Below, piece by piece: positions 39,447 through 50,270 of a stretch of 64,000 nucleotides of DNA. Location: assembly GCA_902518595.1 (NCBI GenBank), contig CABYGR010000001.1:2704-66703 (forward strand). Reading direction: 5' to 3'. The stretch comes from an uncultured Pelagibacteraceae bacterium (GTDB lineage: Bacteria; Pseudomonadota; Alphaproteobacteria; Pelagibacterales; Pelagibacteraceae). The first letter of the stretch is position 1; every line of letters starts with the position of its first letter. The position numbers and the translations under genes were made by a program. The notes under the pieces were generated by a model, which was not told where the DNA came from, did no database searches, and was given only the letters and a program-made list of their open reading frames with translations.

Positions 39447-39582
39447 ATGCGCTTATCAAATATAAAAAATCTTAAAAAAAATCAATAATAAAAAAACAAC
39501 TTTTATTAAAACTGGGATTTTTTCAGCTATAGCTGCTTGTTGGAGTGTGATCTTGGTTGGAACTTTTATAACTTTTAAATAA
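39447..39582 (+). pseudogene. Small TM protein interrupted by a +1 frameshift in an A8 run
   Basis: MRLSNIKNLKK then, with one A removed, INNKKTTFIKTGIFSAIAACWSVILVGTFITFK*; TTGACA at 39411 upstream. Confidence 0.35.
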
Positions 39583-39610
39583 GCTATACTTAAAGTTTTT
39601 TTATTTTTAG

Positions 39611-40693
39611 ATGGACGTTTTTTTACCAATAGCTCAAGTTTTTGTTAATCCGATAGAAATACTTTTGTTAAGTGCTTTAGTTGGAGTTCTATCAGGTTTA
39701 TTTGGTGTAGGTGGTGGGTTTTTAATGACACCATTTTTAATTTTCTTGGGTGTTCCACCTGCATACGCTGTTGCTAATGAAGCAAATAATATTTTAGCAA
39801 CCTCTGTATCAGGATCTACTACTCACTATTTAAAAAATACTTTGGATTATAAAATGGGCTTTATGATTGTAATTGGTGGCTCAATAGGAACAGCTTTGGG
39901 TATATACACTTTTACCTATTTTAAAGGTATTGGAAAAATAGATACAGTTATTTCTTTAGCCTACATGTATATACTCGCAATTATTGGAACATTAATGTTA
40001 GTAGAGAGTCTTGGTGAAATAGATAAAGCCAAAAAAAATCTTGCTGAAAAAAAAAAATTACATGTTCATTATTGGATTCATGGCCTTCCTTTGAGGATGA
40101 GATTTCCAAAGTCTAAATTATATGAGAGTGTATTTACGCCTATCATAATTGGATTGGCTGTAGGTTTTATAGCTGCTATTATGGGTATAGGTGGTGCTTT
40201 TATATTAGTACCAGCAATGATCTATATTATTAAAATGCCCACAAGATTAGTCCCAGGGACTTCATTGTTTGTAACTATTTTTGTGAGTGTGATAGTTACT
40301 TTTTTGCATTCATTTAATTATGGCTCAATAGATTTAATGCTAGTTTTAATGTTAGTTGTTGGATCTATAATAGGAGTTCAGGTTGGCCAAAAACTAGGTG
40401 AAAAAATTGATAGCTCAGGGCTTAAAGCTTTGTTAGCCATCTTGTTGTTAATTGTTGGTATAGCTATTGCATACGATACTTTTTTTGCAGAAGAAATTAA
40501 AAATGGAACGACGAAAGTACTAAGTGCTGATTTAAACTTTTTCTCAAAATTCATTCAAGAATTTTCTAAAGACATGCCTTTTTTTTATGGATTGTTTTCT
40601 ATTATGTTTGCTATTCTTTTAGGAGTTGGAGCTGCATTTATTAGAAGATTTTTATCAAATTTTAGAAAAAAATATTTTAAAAAGTTATCTTAA
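39611..40693 (+). CDS. TauE/SafE family sulfite exporter-like membrane protein
   Basis: SGLFGVGGGFLMTP and AIMGIGGAFILVP repeats; PGTSLF. Confidence 0.9.
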   Translation: MDVFLPIAQVFVNPIEILLLSALVGVLSGLFGVGGGFLMTPFLIFLGVPPAYAVANEANNILATSVSGSTTHYLKNTLDYKMGFMIVIGGSIGTALGIYTFTYFKGIGKIDTVISLAYMYILAIIGTLMLVESLGEIDKAKKNLAEKKKLHVHYWIHGLPLRMRFPKSKLYESVFTPIIIGLAVGFIAAIMGIGGAFILVPAMIYIIKMPTRLVPGTSLFVTIFVSVIVTFLHSFNYGSIDLMLVLMLVVGSIIGVQVGQKLGEKIDSSGLKALLAILLLIVGIAIAYDTFFAEEIKNGTTKVLSADLNFFSKFIQEFSKDMPFFYGLFSIMFAILLGVGAAFIRRFLSNFRKKYFKKLS

Positions 40694-40707
40694 TAAAAAA
40701 TTTAATA

Positions 40708-41874
40708 TTAAGCACTTCTATAAAGTTTAGTCATTACAAATTCTTTATGACCTAAAGCTTCTGCACAAGTTAGTCGTCCATTGGCCACTCTTAAAGTGGT
40801 TTTAATCAATTCATCACCTGCTTCAGATAAATTCATTTCTCTCGAAAGAATTTTTGAAACATCACAATCAATATGTTCACCCATACTTTTAACAGTCAAA
40901 GGATTTGCGGTTAATTTAATAACAGGCTCAATTGGGTTACCAACAATATTACCTTGTCCAGTTGGGAATAAATGAATATTAAAACCAGCTGCTGCCTGAA
41001 GTGTTACACATTCTGCAGCTGCTGATGAAGTATCCATAAAATATAAACCTTTTCCTTTTTTTGGCTCTTCAGCAGGCTCAAGAACATCAACAAATTTGCA
41101 ATTCCCAATTTTTTGAAAATTTCCAAAAGCCTTTTCCTCAATAGTAGTCAGGCCACCAGCAATATTCCCTGCTGTAGGTTGACTTTCTGAAAGATCATCT
41201 GTTGCTTCTTTCAAAATAAAATCGTTGTAATCATTCCAGGTTTTCATAAATTTATCCGAAGCTTCTTTTGTTGCTCCTCTGGTAGCACAAACTTTTTCAG
41301 CTCCAGTTAATTCTGAAGTTTCCCCAAAACATAAATGAACTCCTAAGGGCTCTAATTTATCCATTAAGTTTCCCACTGTTGGATTAGAAGCCAAACCTGA
41401 TGTAGTATCAGACTCACCACACTTAACTGATATCCATAAATCACTTAGAGGACATTCTTCTCTTTGTTTTTCAGAAGCCCACATGACAAATTCTTGAGCT
41501 TTTTTAGATGCTTTCATTGTAGTACCAATGTCTCCAGTTCTTTCAATGTGAAATCCTTCAACTGGCTTTCCGGTTTTAGCTATTCCATCAACAATTTTTT
41601 TAGTCCATTTAGGTTCTATTCCAATAACAATAACAGCAGCAACATTTGGATTACAACCTGTTCCAATCATTGTTCTAAAATGAAGTTCTAGATCAGCACC
41701 AAATTGAAGTCTTCCATAAGAATGAGGAAGTGCAATTGTACCTTTGATATTATTGGCAACTGCTTCAGCGCATGCATTTGAAATATCATCAACTGGAAGA
41801 ATGATTACATGATTTCTTGTACCAGCTCTCCCGTTTTCTCTTTTATAACCTAAAAAATTTTTTGGAATTTCCAT
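40708..41874 (-). CDS. suyB: (2R)-sulfolactate sulfo-lyase beta subunit (UxaA family)
   Basis: [45 protein letters not shown]; paired with a SAF-domain gene and xsc. Confidence 0.9.
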   Translation of the reverse strand: MEIPKNFLGYKRENGRAGTRNHVIILPVDDISNACAEAVANNIKGTIALPHSYGRLQFGADLELHFRTMIGTGCNPNVAAVIVIGIEPKWTKKIVDGIAKTGKPVEGFHIERTGDIGTTMKASKKAQEFVMWASEKQREECPLSDLWISVKCGESDTTSGLASNPTVGNLMDKLEPLGVHLCFGETSELTGAEKVCATRGATKEASDKFMKTWNDYNDFILKEATDDLSESQPTAGNIAGGLTTIEEKAFGNFQKIGNCKFVDVLEPAEEPKKGKGLYFMDTSSAAAECVTLQAAAGFNIHLFPTGQGNIVGNPIEPVIKLTANPLTVKSMGEHIDCDVSKILSREMNLSEAGDELIKTTLRVANGRLTCAEALGHKEFVMTKLYRSA

Positions 41875-41878
41875 ATCT

Positions 41879-42163
41879 TTACCACTTCTTTGTTTTAACA
41901 TTGTGAACATGTACGTGCTCACCTTTCTTGATAGCTTTAACTACTTTGCCAATATCATGACCATATTTTAGAATTGTATCACCTTCTTTTAGGTCAACCA
42001 TTGCAATTTTATGACCTAAAGGTATTTCGTCTGCTGATTGAATATTTATTGTATTGTCATTTTCCATTATCCAGCAAGAACAGTCTTGTTTTGGACTAAT
42101 TTTTTCGATCACTACTACTCCTACATTGTCTTTTTCATCGTGAATTATAATTTCTGTAGCCAT
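41879..42163 (-). CDS. suyA: (2R)-sulfolactate sulfo-lyase alpha subunit (SAF domain)
   Basis: [38 protein letters not shown]. Confidence 0.9.
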   Translation of the reverse strand: MATEIIIHDEKDNVGVVVIEKISPKQDCSCWIMENDNTINIQSADEIPLGHKIAMVDLKEGDTILKYGHDIGKVVKAIKKGEHVHVHNVKTKKW

Positions 42164-42277
42164 ATCGTGTCGATTTGTTTGTTTGAAATTTGTAAAATCT
42201 TATATATTAATCGCAAAAATTAACAAACGAATTTTATTAAAGTTTTAAATTTTATATTTTAGAGAGGTTCTAATTTT

Positions 42278-44059
42278 ATGACAAAAATGACAACAGAAGA
42301 AGCTTTTGTAAAAGTTTTGCAAATGCATGGTATTGAACATTCTTTTGGAATTATTGGTTCAGCATTTATGCCGATTTCAGATATTTTTCCAGATGCAGGA
42401 ATTACATTTTGGGATGTGGCACATGAAACAAATGGTGGTTTAATTGCTGATGGCTATACAAGGGCTACCGGTAAAATGTCAATGGTTATTGCTCAGAATG
42501 GACCAGGCATCACCGGTTTAGTTACACCAATCAAAACAGCTTATTGGAATCATACACCACTTTTATTAGTTACACCTCAAGCAGCTAATAAAACTATGGG
42601 ACAAGGAGGATTTCAAGAAGTTGAACAAATGAATTTATTTAAAGATATGGTTTGTTATCAAGAGGAAGTAAGGGACCCTTCTAGAATGGCAGAGGTTTTA
42701 AATAGAGTTATAGAAAAAGCTATCAGAGGTTCAGCTCCAGCACAGATTAATGTACCAAGAGATTATTGGACTCAAGTAATTGATATCGATCTTCCACCAA
42801 TAGTAAGATTAGAAAGACAAGCTGGTGGAGTTGATGCAGTTAAAAAAGCTGCTGATTTATTATCTAATGCAAAATTTCCAGTGATATTATCTGGAGCTGG
42901 AGTTGTAATTGGTGGTGCTATAGACGATTGTAAAAAACTTGCTGAAAAATTAGATGCACCAGTATGCTCAGGGTATCAGCACAATGATAGTTTTCCAGGA
43001 AGCCACCCATTAGCTGCTGGACCATTAGGATATAATGGATCAAAAGCTGGCATGGAGTTAATTAAAAAAGCCGATGTGGTACTTGCTCTTGGTACAAGAT
43101 TAAATCCTTTTTCAACATTGCCAGGTTATGGAATGGATTATTGGCCAAAAGATGCAAGCATCATTCAAGTTGATATGAACTCAGATCGTATTGGATTGAC
43201 TAAAAAAGTTACAGTTGGAATTTGTGGAGATGCGAAATTAGTTTCACAACAAATTTTAGCTCAACTTTCTCCAACCGCAGGTGATGCAGACAGACAAAAA
43301 AGAAAAGATATAATACACCAAACAAAATCAGCATGGCTACAAAAATTATCTAGTTTAGATCACGAAGAAGATGACAAAGGTACAGTTTGGAATAAGGAGG
43401 CAAGAAAAAGAGATTCAGAAAGAATGTCTCCTAGACAAGCTTGGAGAGCAATTCAAGCTGGTATGCCAGATGATGTGATTATTTCAAGCGACATTGGAAA
43501 TAATTGCGCAATAGGAAATGCATATCCTACTTTTGAAAAAGGTAGAAAATATTTAGCACCAGGATTATTTGGTCCTTGCGGTTATGGATTTCCATCAATT
43601 TTAGGAGCTAAAATTGGTTGTCCAGATACACCCGTAATTGGTTTTGCTGGTGATGGAGCGTTTGGAATAAGCATGAATGAAATGAGTTCATGTGCAAGAC
43701 CAGAATGGCCTGCTATCACAATGGTAATTTTTAGAAATTATCAATGGGGAGCAGAAAAAAGAAATTCTATTCTTTGGTTTGATGATAACTTCGTTGGAAC
43801 TGAACTTGATCCTGAGTTGAGTTATGCAAAAGTTGCTGATGCTTGTGGATTAAAGGGTGTGAAAGTAACAACTATGGAAGAAACTACAAATGCAATCAAA
43901 CAATCTTGTGATGATCAAAAGAAGGGAACTACAACATTTATTGAAGTAATTCTTAATCAAGAGCTTGGTGAGCCTTTTAGAAGAGATGCTATGAAAAAAC
44001 CAGTTAAAGTTGCAGGAATAGATAAAAAAGATATGAAGAAACAACCTTCTTTAATATAA
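42278..44059 (+). CDS. xsc: Sulfoacetaldehyde acetyltransferase (ThDP-dependent)
   Basis: MTTEEAFVKVLQMHG, FGIIGSAFMP, GDGAFG, QWGAEKRN, LGEPFRRDAM. Confidence 0.96.
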   Translation: MTKMTTEEAFVKVLQMHGIEHSFGIIGSAFMPISDIFPDAGITFWDVAHETNGGLIADGYTRATGKMSMVIAQNGPGITGLVTPIKTAYWNHTPLLLVTPQAANKTMGQGGFQEVEQMNLFKDMVCYQEEVRDPSRMAEVLNRVIEKAIRGSAPAQINVPRDYWTQVIDIDLPPIVRLERQAGGVDAVKKAADLLSNAKFPVILSGAGVVIGGAIDDCKKLAEKLDAPVCSGYQHNDSFPGSHPLAAGPLGYNGSKAGMELIKKADVVLALGTRLNPFSTLPGYGMDYWPKDASIIQVDMNSDRIGLTKKVTVGICGDAKLVSQQILAQLSPTAGDADRQKRKDIIHQTKSAWLQKLSSLDHEEDDKGTVWNKEARKRDSERMSPRQAWRAIQAGMPDDVIISSDIGNNCAIGNAYPTFEKGRKYLAPGLFGPCGYGFPSILGAKIGCPDTPVIGFAGDGAFGISMNEMSSCARPEWPAITMVIFRNYQWGAEKRNSILWFDDNFVGTELDPELSYAKVADACGLKGVKVTTMEETTNAIKQSCDDQKKGTTTFIEVILNQELGEPFRRDAMKKPVKVAGIDKKDMKKQPSLI

Positions 44060-44062
44060 AAT

Positions 44063-44737
44063 TTATTTTTTTAATATAAAATTATATCCACTACATTGAT
44101 CTAAATTTTTATTAAAAAATTTATTAAAAAAAATATTTATCTTTGTTTTTTCAATATATTTTTTCCATTTTCCTTCTAATAAAATATTCAGGGATGTTGA
44201 AAGTTTACCTCGGATTGGGTATAGCTCAACTTCTTTGAAATCTTTAAACAAATAAGACAATGCATCTTTAGAGAATCTAAAATAATCTTGAAATTTTAGA
44301 TCATTAGGAGCGTGATAATGATAAAGATACGGAACCATTCCATAAACTTTTCCACCATCTTTTAGAAGTTTAGTTATATTTTCAATTGCTTTAAATGGAT
44401 TATATACATGTTCTAGAACAGCTAAACATATAATTTTATCGTATCTATTTTTTAGATCATCATTAATTTCACCACACAAATCACATATGATATCAGGGTA
44501 ATCATCATATTCGTTAACATCAAGTGTTTCTAATTTAGAACAATCAATCATATTGAACTTTTCTCTCATGCCTTTGCCAAGATCAAGAACTGAGTCACTT
44601 TTTTGTATGTTTGATAATATCAAATCTCTAAAATCTTTTTGATTATTTAAATAAAATTGATTTATTTGAACATTCTTTATCAACTCTATTAGTTCTTTAT
44701 TTTTTTCTTTTGGATTGCCAATTTTTAATTTAATCAT
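44063..44737 (-). CDS. Class I SAM-dependent methyltransferase-like protein
   Basis: VLDLGKG, ICLAVLEHVYNP, LKDGG, DYFRFS. Confidence 0.8.
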   Translation of the reverse strand: MIKLKIGNPKEKNKELIELIKNVQINQFYLNNQKDFRDLILSNIQKSDSVLDLGKGMREKFNMIDCSKLETLDVNEYDDYPDIICDLCGEINDDLKNRYDKIICLAVLEHVYNPFKAIENITKLLKDGGKVYGMVPYLYHYHAPNDLKFQDYFRFSKDALSYLFKDFKEVELYPIRGKLSTSLNILLEGKWKKYIEKTKINIFFNKFFNKNLDQCSGYNFILKK

Positions 44738-44797
44738 CTATATTGAAACTATAAATTTAATAGATGAATAACAACCAATTTTTAGTAGAATTTTTTT

Positions 44798-46102
44798 ATG
44801 GAATTAATAAATGACAATAGTTGTAGTTGGATTAATGATTTAACCCCTAGATCAAAAATTAAAAGTCTACAATCAAATGAAGATTGTGAATGGTTAATAA
44901 TAGGTGCTGGATTCACTGGTTTATCAGCAGCAAGAAAATTAGGTCAATTGTATCCAAACCAAAAAATTATTTTAGTTGATGCCCAATTAGCTGGTGAAGG
45001 AGCCAGCAGTAGAAATTCAGGTTACCTGGTAGACACAACTCTTAATGATGGTTTTGTTTCTAGTAAAAAATTAGATAATTATAAAAAAAAAGTAGATATC
45101 TACGAATTAGGAATAAATGTTGTGAAAAAATTTGTTAATGAATATCAAGTTGATTGTGATTGGAATGAATGTGGCAAATATTTTGCTTCATCAAGACTTG
45201 AGGATAAAAAAATTTTAACAAATTTTTCAAACACTCTTTTTCAATTGGGCTATAAACATGATTTATTAAATAACAGTCAATTATCAAAAAAATTAGGAAC
45301 TAGTTTTTATAATTTGGCGATTCATACTAAAGGTGGAATTTTGATTCATCCAGGAAAATTAGCTAGAGCAATGATTGATGTGTTGCCAAAAAATGTTTGT
45401 TTATATGAAAATTCATATTTATTGAATTGGAGTAAAAACCAAAAAATAATTTTTTGTGATTTTAAAAATGGAAGAATTAAAACAAAAAAAATTATCTTTG
45501 CAACAAATGGTTTTTTAAAATCACTAGGTGTTAAATCAAATTATAATTTTCCAATTACTTTAACTGCTAGCATGACACGAGCATTAACTAATGATGAATT
45601 TGAGAGCATTGGAAAACCAAAAGAATGGGGTGTACTGCCAGTAAGACCAATGGGTGCTACAATTAGGATGACTAAGGATAAAAGAATTTTGATTAGAAAT
45701 ACTGCTGAAGTTTGTAATCCATTTAAAATGTCTCGATTGAATTTAGATAAAAGATCTAGCAATCACAAAATAGGTATAAAAAAAAGGTTTCCGCAATTAC
45801 CAGATGATATTATACAATCTTCTTGGTCAGGTGTCGTATCTAGAACAAGAAATAGCTCTCAAATATTTGAAAAAATTGATGATAATATTTTTGCTGCTGG
45901 TTGTTATAATGGTTCAGGAATAGGTGTCGGTACTTTGTTTGGTGAACAAATTGCAATTAAAGCAAGCAATAAAATTACTAAAGAAATTGAAATTATAGAG
46001 TCAAGAAACAAACCTACATGGCTACCACCACAACCTTTTTTAAACATAGGTGTGAAAACAAGGCTAATATATGAACGCTTAAGGGCTCATTCAGAGATTT
46101 AA
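44798..46102 (+). CDS. FAD-dependent oxidoreductase (DAO/DadA, PuuB-like)
   Basis: IIGAGFTGLSAA, GASSRNSG, ATNGF, GCYNGSGIG. Confidence 0.9.
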   Translation: MELINDNSCSWINDLTPRSKIKSLQSNEDCEWLIIGAGFTGLSAARKLGQLYPNQKIILVDAQLAGEGASSRNSGYLVDTTLNDGFVSSKKLDNYKKKVDIYELGINVVKKFVNEYQVDCDWNECGKYFASSRLEDKKILTNFSNTLFQLGYKHDLLNNSQLSKKLGTSFYNLAIHTKGGILIHPGKLARAMIDVLPKNVCLYENSYLLNWSKNQKIIFCDFKNGRIKTKKIIFATNGFLKSLGVKSNYNFPITLTASMTRALTNDEFESIGKPKEWGVLPVRPMGATIRMTKDKRILIRNTAEVCNPFKMSRLNLDKRSSNHKIGIKKRFPQLPDDIIQSSWSGVVSRTRNSSQIFEKIDDNIFAAGCYNGSGIGVGTLFGEQIAIKASNKITKEIEIIESRNKPTWLPPQPFLNIGVKTRLIYERLRAHSEI

Positions 46103-46106
46103 AACT

Positions 46107-46886
46107 TTATTTATTTGAAAAATTCAATTTAACATCAGGAAATCTAGAGTCGGCTGGTTGGTCCAAAATATGAGGAATTTTAGAGTTATTGGATAAAACT
46201 TTTTTTGTATTTGAAAAAGTCATCTCAACTTGTGTTGGGTCATTATTTATATCCAGATAATCAGTACCAGATGGGTTTTGTCCGTGTATATGGCATAGAG
46301 ATAAATTAAATCTTTTTATAAAATCGCAAATTAAATCTTTATGCAGATCAATATTGTGAAACTCTATAGCCATGCCAGTGATTTTATCTTGATATTTTAA
46401 TATATCTTCTAAAATTCTATATTCAGATCCCTCAATATCAATTTTTAAAAAAACAGGATGTAATTTTATCCTATTCATTAATTCAGAAAAATTAACTTTA
46501 TTTCTTCCTATACCGATTGATGATTCATAATGAATTACTTTTTTTGAAAAAAATTTTTTATAAGAATTATATAAAAAAATGTTATCAATATTATTTTTTA
46601 ATTGATTTTTATTAAATATATTTTTGATCTTAAATAAATCGATTATACTTTTTCGAGAAAATTTTTTGATGCTAGAATATTTAATAGTTGGATCATAACA
46701 GTGTATTGGACATTCTTTAATATTAAAAAAATCTTTTTCAAAGGACCAATCATATGATATGCCCATACTAATTAAACCCTTAGCTTCTAATACTGAGTTT
46801 TTTTCCACTAAATAACCACCATCATTATCTTTTCCAAGTCTTATAAGATCATATTCACTTTCTGGTTCAAATATTTTTGGAAGCAT
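46107..46886 (-). CDS. FkbM/Methyltransf_22-like methyltransferase
   Basis: RLGKDNDGGY, SMGISYDWSFE, YDPT, LKIDIEGSEY, IEFH. Confidence 0.75.
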   Translation of the reverse strand: MLPKIFEPESEYDLIRLGKDNDGGYLVEKNSVLEAKGLISMGISYDWSFEKDFFNIKECPIHCYDPTIKYSSIKKFSRKSIIDLFKIKNIFNKNQLKNNIDNIFLYNSYKKFFSKKVIHYESSIGIGRNKVNFSELMNRIKLHPVFLKIDIEGSEYRILEDILKYQDKITGMAIEFHNIDLHKDLICDFIKRFNLSLCHIHGQNPSGTDYLDINNDPTQVEMTFSNTKKVLSNNSKIPHILDQPADSRFPDVKLNFSNK

Positions 46887-46960
46887 AGATATTAAGAATA
46901 TATCATTAATTAATACGTTATAAAGTTAGAAATTAAAGACAATTTAAAAGATAATAAATA

Positions 46961-48112
46961 TTATAAAGCAACTAAATCAAGTTTTTGTTTACCTAACCTT
47001 TCATTACCAGTCTCTGTAACTAGATATGTTTCTCCTAAATTCATAGCTAAGTTATTTTCAGAGTCCATAAGAATCATATGCATGAAGAAGACATTGCCAG
47101 AAGATATTACGTATGGATTCCCAGTGTAAAGCATTGGCCAATCCATCCAATTAGGTGCAAAAGTTGAACCAAGAGAATAACCACAAGCATTCATTCTTGC
47201 ATTATTAAACCCTAGGTCATCAAAAGTTTTTGCATGAGTATCAAATACTTGTCCTGCAGTTTTTTTAGGAATTAAAGCTTTTACACAATTTGTTAGCGCT
47301 TCAACACAAGCTTCATACATTTTTACATGTTTTGGATTAACTTTTCCAATTGGAATTGTTCGAAACATTGCAGAGTGATAATGTTTAAATGTTCCAGCCC
47401 ACTCAAGACTTAATTGATCTGTATTAGATAAATTTCTTTTTTCTGATTGGTATCTGCACAATAATGCATTATTTCCGGATCCAATAATGTATTCATTAGC
47501 AGGATAATCACCACCACCTTCAAGAACAGCTTTTTGCATTTCAGCTAAAATTTTTGCTTCATTTACTCCTGCTTTTGTATATTTCCACGCTTCTTCAAGT
47601 GCTCGATCAGCAAGTTCAGCTGCTTTTCTAACATAAACTAATTCTTCATCTGATTTGATTACTCTTAGTTTCGTTATTAATTCTGATTGATCTTCAAAGT
47701 TACAGTAATTTTTTAGAGATTCATTTAATCTTAAAGCATTACGACCTGTCATTCCATAAGCCTCATACTCAATTCCAATATTTTTATTCTTTAAATCAAG
47801 TTCATTTAAGATTTGCTTTAGATTATCTGTTGGATTTATTCCATCCTCATCAACCCAAATTCTTATATTTTCAATATTTGAAGTGTTTTGAGCTTGTCTT
47901 AAATCAGGTGCACGAGTTAATAGAATAATATTTCCATTTTTATCCAATACAAGAGTTTGAAAAAAGACATAACCAAAAGTGTCATATCCAGTAAGATAAT
48001 ACATAGACTCTTGTCTAAACATCAACAGAGCATCTAAATTTTTTTCTTTCATTAATTTTAAAACATTTTGTTTTCTATTTGAAAGTTCTTGTTTACTAAA
48101 ATGGATAGCCAT
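46961..48112 (-). CDS. M24 Xaa-Pro peptidase / creatinase-like hydrolase
   Basis: MYYLTGYDT, LRVIKSDEE, HYHSAMFRT, GYSLG, FMHMI, ETYLVT; some metal ligands atypical, as in DoeA/creatinase-like members. Confidence 0.85.
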   Translation of the reverse strand: MAIHFSKQELSNRKQNVLKLMKEKNLDALLMFRQESMYYLTGYDTFGYVFFQTLVLDKNGNIILLTRAPDLRQAQNTSNIENIRIWVDEDGINPTDNLKQILNELDLKNKNIGIEYEAYGMTGRNALRLNESLKNYCNFEDQSELITKLRVIKSDEELVYVRKAAELADRALEEAWKYTKAGVNEAKILAEMQKAVLEGGGDYPANEYIIGSGNNALLCRYQSEKRNLSNTDQLSLEWAGTFKHYHSAMFRTIPIGKVNPKHVKMYEACVEALTNCVKALIPKKTAGQVFDTHAKTFDDLGFNNARMNACGYSLGSTFAPNWMDWPMLYTGNPYVISSGNVFFMHMILMDSENNLAMNLGETYLVTETGNERLGKQKLDLVAL

Positions 48113-48121
48113 AATTAATCT

Positions 48122-48925
48122 TTATTTTAATACAGACATCGGATCAAGACGAGTTTGAAACCAATTAATTCTAAAATCTAAATGTGGGCCAGTCGATCTG
48201 CCTGTTGATCCAACAGTTCCAATTATATCACCTTGCAATATTTCATCACCAACACTGACATTTATAGTAGCTAAATGTGAGTAAATTGTTGAGATACCGT
48301 GGCCATGATCCATAATAATTGTTCCACCTGTATAATATAGATCAGGCTCTGCCATAGTTACTACTCCAGTTCCTGATGATTTAATTATTGTTCCTTTTTT
48401 AGCTGCAATATCAATTCCGTAATGTGGCCATTTTGGTTTACCATTTAGTATTCTTTGACTTCCATAAACACCACTAATAATACCTTCAACTGGCATAATG
48501 AATTGTTTTTTAAAAAAAGGCAAATCAGAGTTAGTTGCTCTTGCTTCACCAATTTTATTATTTTCTTCTTTAATTCGTTTGTAAACAGACTCAGGAGGAG
48601 TCACTTTACTTTCTTCTAATCCATCAATTCGTTGTATATTATATTTTCTTTTTAAAACTTTCTTAATTAATTTTTCTTTATTACCATCTTTTATTTTAGT
48701 TATTGTTAAATCAAATTTTCTATCTCGATCAATTCCAAAAACAAAATATCCATCTTTCGATACTTTAACTTCTTTTTTGTCAATAATAATTTTTGCTGAA
48801 GGATCAGTTAATCCAATAATATAATGACCTTGTAAAAATTTACCTTTAAATTCTATAGCATGTAAATGAGTTGAAGTAAAAATTATTAAAATTAAAAATA
48901 ATTTATTAATTATTTTGCAGTCCAT
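48122..48925 (-). CDS. M23 family metallopeptidase, exported
   Basis: HYGID, DHGHG, YSHL, TGPHLDF; signal peptide. Confidence 0.9.
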   Translation of the reverse strand: MDCKIINKLFLILIIFTSTHLHAIEFKGKFLQGHYIIGLTDPSAKIIIDKKEVKVSKDGYFVFGIDRDRKFDLTITKIKDGNKEKLIKKVLKRKYNIQRIDGLEESKVTPPESVYKRIKEENNKIGEARATNSDLPFFKKQFIMPVEGIISGVYGSQRILNGKPKWPHYGIDIAAKKGTIIKSSGTGVVTMAEPDLYYTGGTIIMDHGHGISTIYSHLATINVSVGDEILQGDIIGTVGSTGRSTGPHLDFRINWFQTRLDPMSVLK

Positions 48926-49677
48926 CCACCATCAACCAGTAATGAAGTTCCAGTAATCATAGATGCTGCATCTGAAGCCAAAAAGACTACTGATGAAGAA
49001 ATTTCAGATAACTCAGCAAATCTTCCAAGTGGAATATTGCTAAGAGTTTCTCTTTTAAATTTTTTATTTTTTAAAAATTTTTTAGTCATAGGTGTAACAA
49101 CAAATGTAGGACATACAGTATTTACTCTTATATTATATTTAGCTAAGTCTATAGCCATTCCTTTTGTTAACCCTTCCAAACCCCACTTATTCATATTGTA
49201 GACACTTCTAATCGGACCACCTACATGTCCCATTTGTGACGACATATTAACTATTGAACCACCAATTTTTTTTCTATTTTTAGACTTTATCATTTTTAAA
49301 GCACACATTTGAGCAATATTAAATGTAGCAATAGTATTAATCTTAACTAAATATTCCATATTTTTAGTTTTTACTTTTGTAAAATGCTCTGGAATGTTAT
49401 TACCAGCATTATTTATTAAAATATCTATCTTAATTTGTTTATTAATAATTGTTTTTATTTCATCATAATTTGTAATATCACATACATAAGATTTACATTT
49501 AGATTTAAACTTTTTAATTTTTTTAGAAACTTCATCTAAATCTTTTTTAGTTCTACTTATTATAATTAGATTTGCACCAGCTTCAGCAAGAGCAATTGCA
49601 CAGGCTCTTCCTAGACCTTTACCAGCACCAGTAACTAATGCAGTTTTGTTTTTAAGATTATAATTTTTTAAGTACAT
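48910..49677 (-). CDS. SDR oxidoreductase, HpsO-like (DHPS dehydrogenase)
   Basis: TGAGKGLG, SSQMGHVGG, YNMNK, CPTF, LLVDGGWTA; sulfonate gene context. Confidence 0.75.
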   Translation of the reverse strand: MYLKNYNLKNKTALVTGAGKGLGRACAIALAEAGANLIIISRTKKDLDEVSKKIKKFKSKCKSYVCDITNYDEIKTIINKQIKIDILINNAGNNIPEHFTKVKTKNMEYLVKINTIATFNIAQMCALKMIKSKNRKKIGGSIVNMSSQMGHVGGPIRSVYNMNKWGLEGLTKGMAIDLAKYNIRVNTVCPTFVVTPMTKKFLKNKKFKRETLSNIPLGRFAELSEISSSVVFLASDAASMITGTSLLVDGGWTAK

Positions 49678-50270
49678 TATAAAAATAATATTTTAATATC
49701 TGTATAAATCAAATCAATAGCAACAACTAGAATTGCTAATAAACCAGCCCAAGCTATCCATTTGTATTTTTTAATCCAATTTGAAATTAATGTTGCAGCA
49801 AAAGCCATAAGTGCGATTGATAAAACCAAACCAAATACCAATAATTTATAGTGATCACCCGCTGCTCCAGCAACACCCAAAACATTATCTAAACTCATTG
49901 TAAAATCAGCTAATAAAATTGTCCAAATAGCTTTCAAGAAGCTAGAATTATCAACTTTTACATCTTCCTCGTGATCTGACCCTTTAATTACATCTGTATA
50001 GAGTTTATAGACTATATAAAGAAGAAGCAGTCCACCTAATAGTCTTAAGCCAGTTATCTGCAGTAAATATGCAGTAAGTAATGTCAAAATAATTCTTAAG
50101 ATTACTGCACCACCAATTCCCCAAAAAATAATTTTTTTTCTTTGTTCTAAAGGAAATTTTGATGCAACCATTCCAATAATAATTGCATTATCTCCAGCTA
50201 GAACTAAATCTATTAAAATTATTTGAGTTAAAATCGTTAATTGTTCAGGTGTAAATAACTCAGTAAACAT
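49677..50270 (-). CDS. TerC/YjbE family membrane protein
   Basis: DLVLAGDNA and ADFTMSLDNV motifs. Confidence 0.92.
   Translation of the reverse strand: MFTELFTPEQLTILTQIILIDLVLAGDNAIIIGMVASKFPLEQRKKIIFWGIGGAVILRIILTLLTAYLLQITGLRLLGGLLLLYIVYKLYTDVIKGSDHEEDVKVDNSSFLKAIWTILLADFTMSLDNVLGVAGAAGDHYKLLVFGLVLSIALMAFAATLISNWIKKYKWIAWAGLLAILVVAIDLIYTDIKILFL

Noticed and set aside
40708-42163. Altronate/galactarate dehydratase (uxaA/garD)
   Set aside because: The split SAF plus catalytic genes, SuyB-type motifs and adjacency to xsc and the TauE gene favour suyAB.
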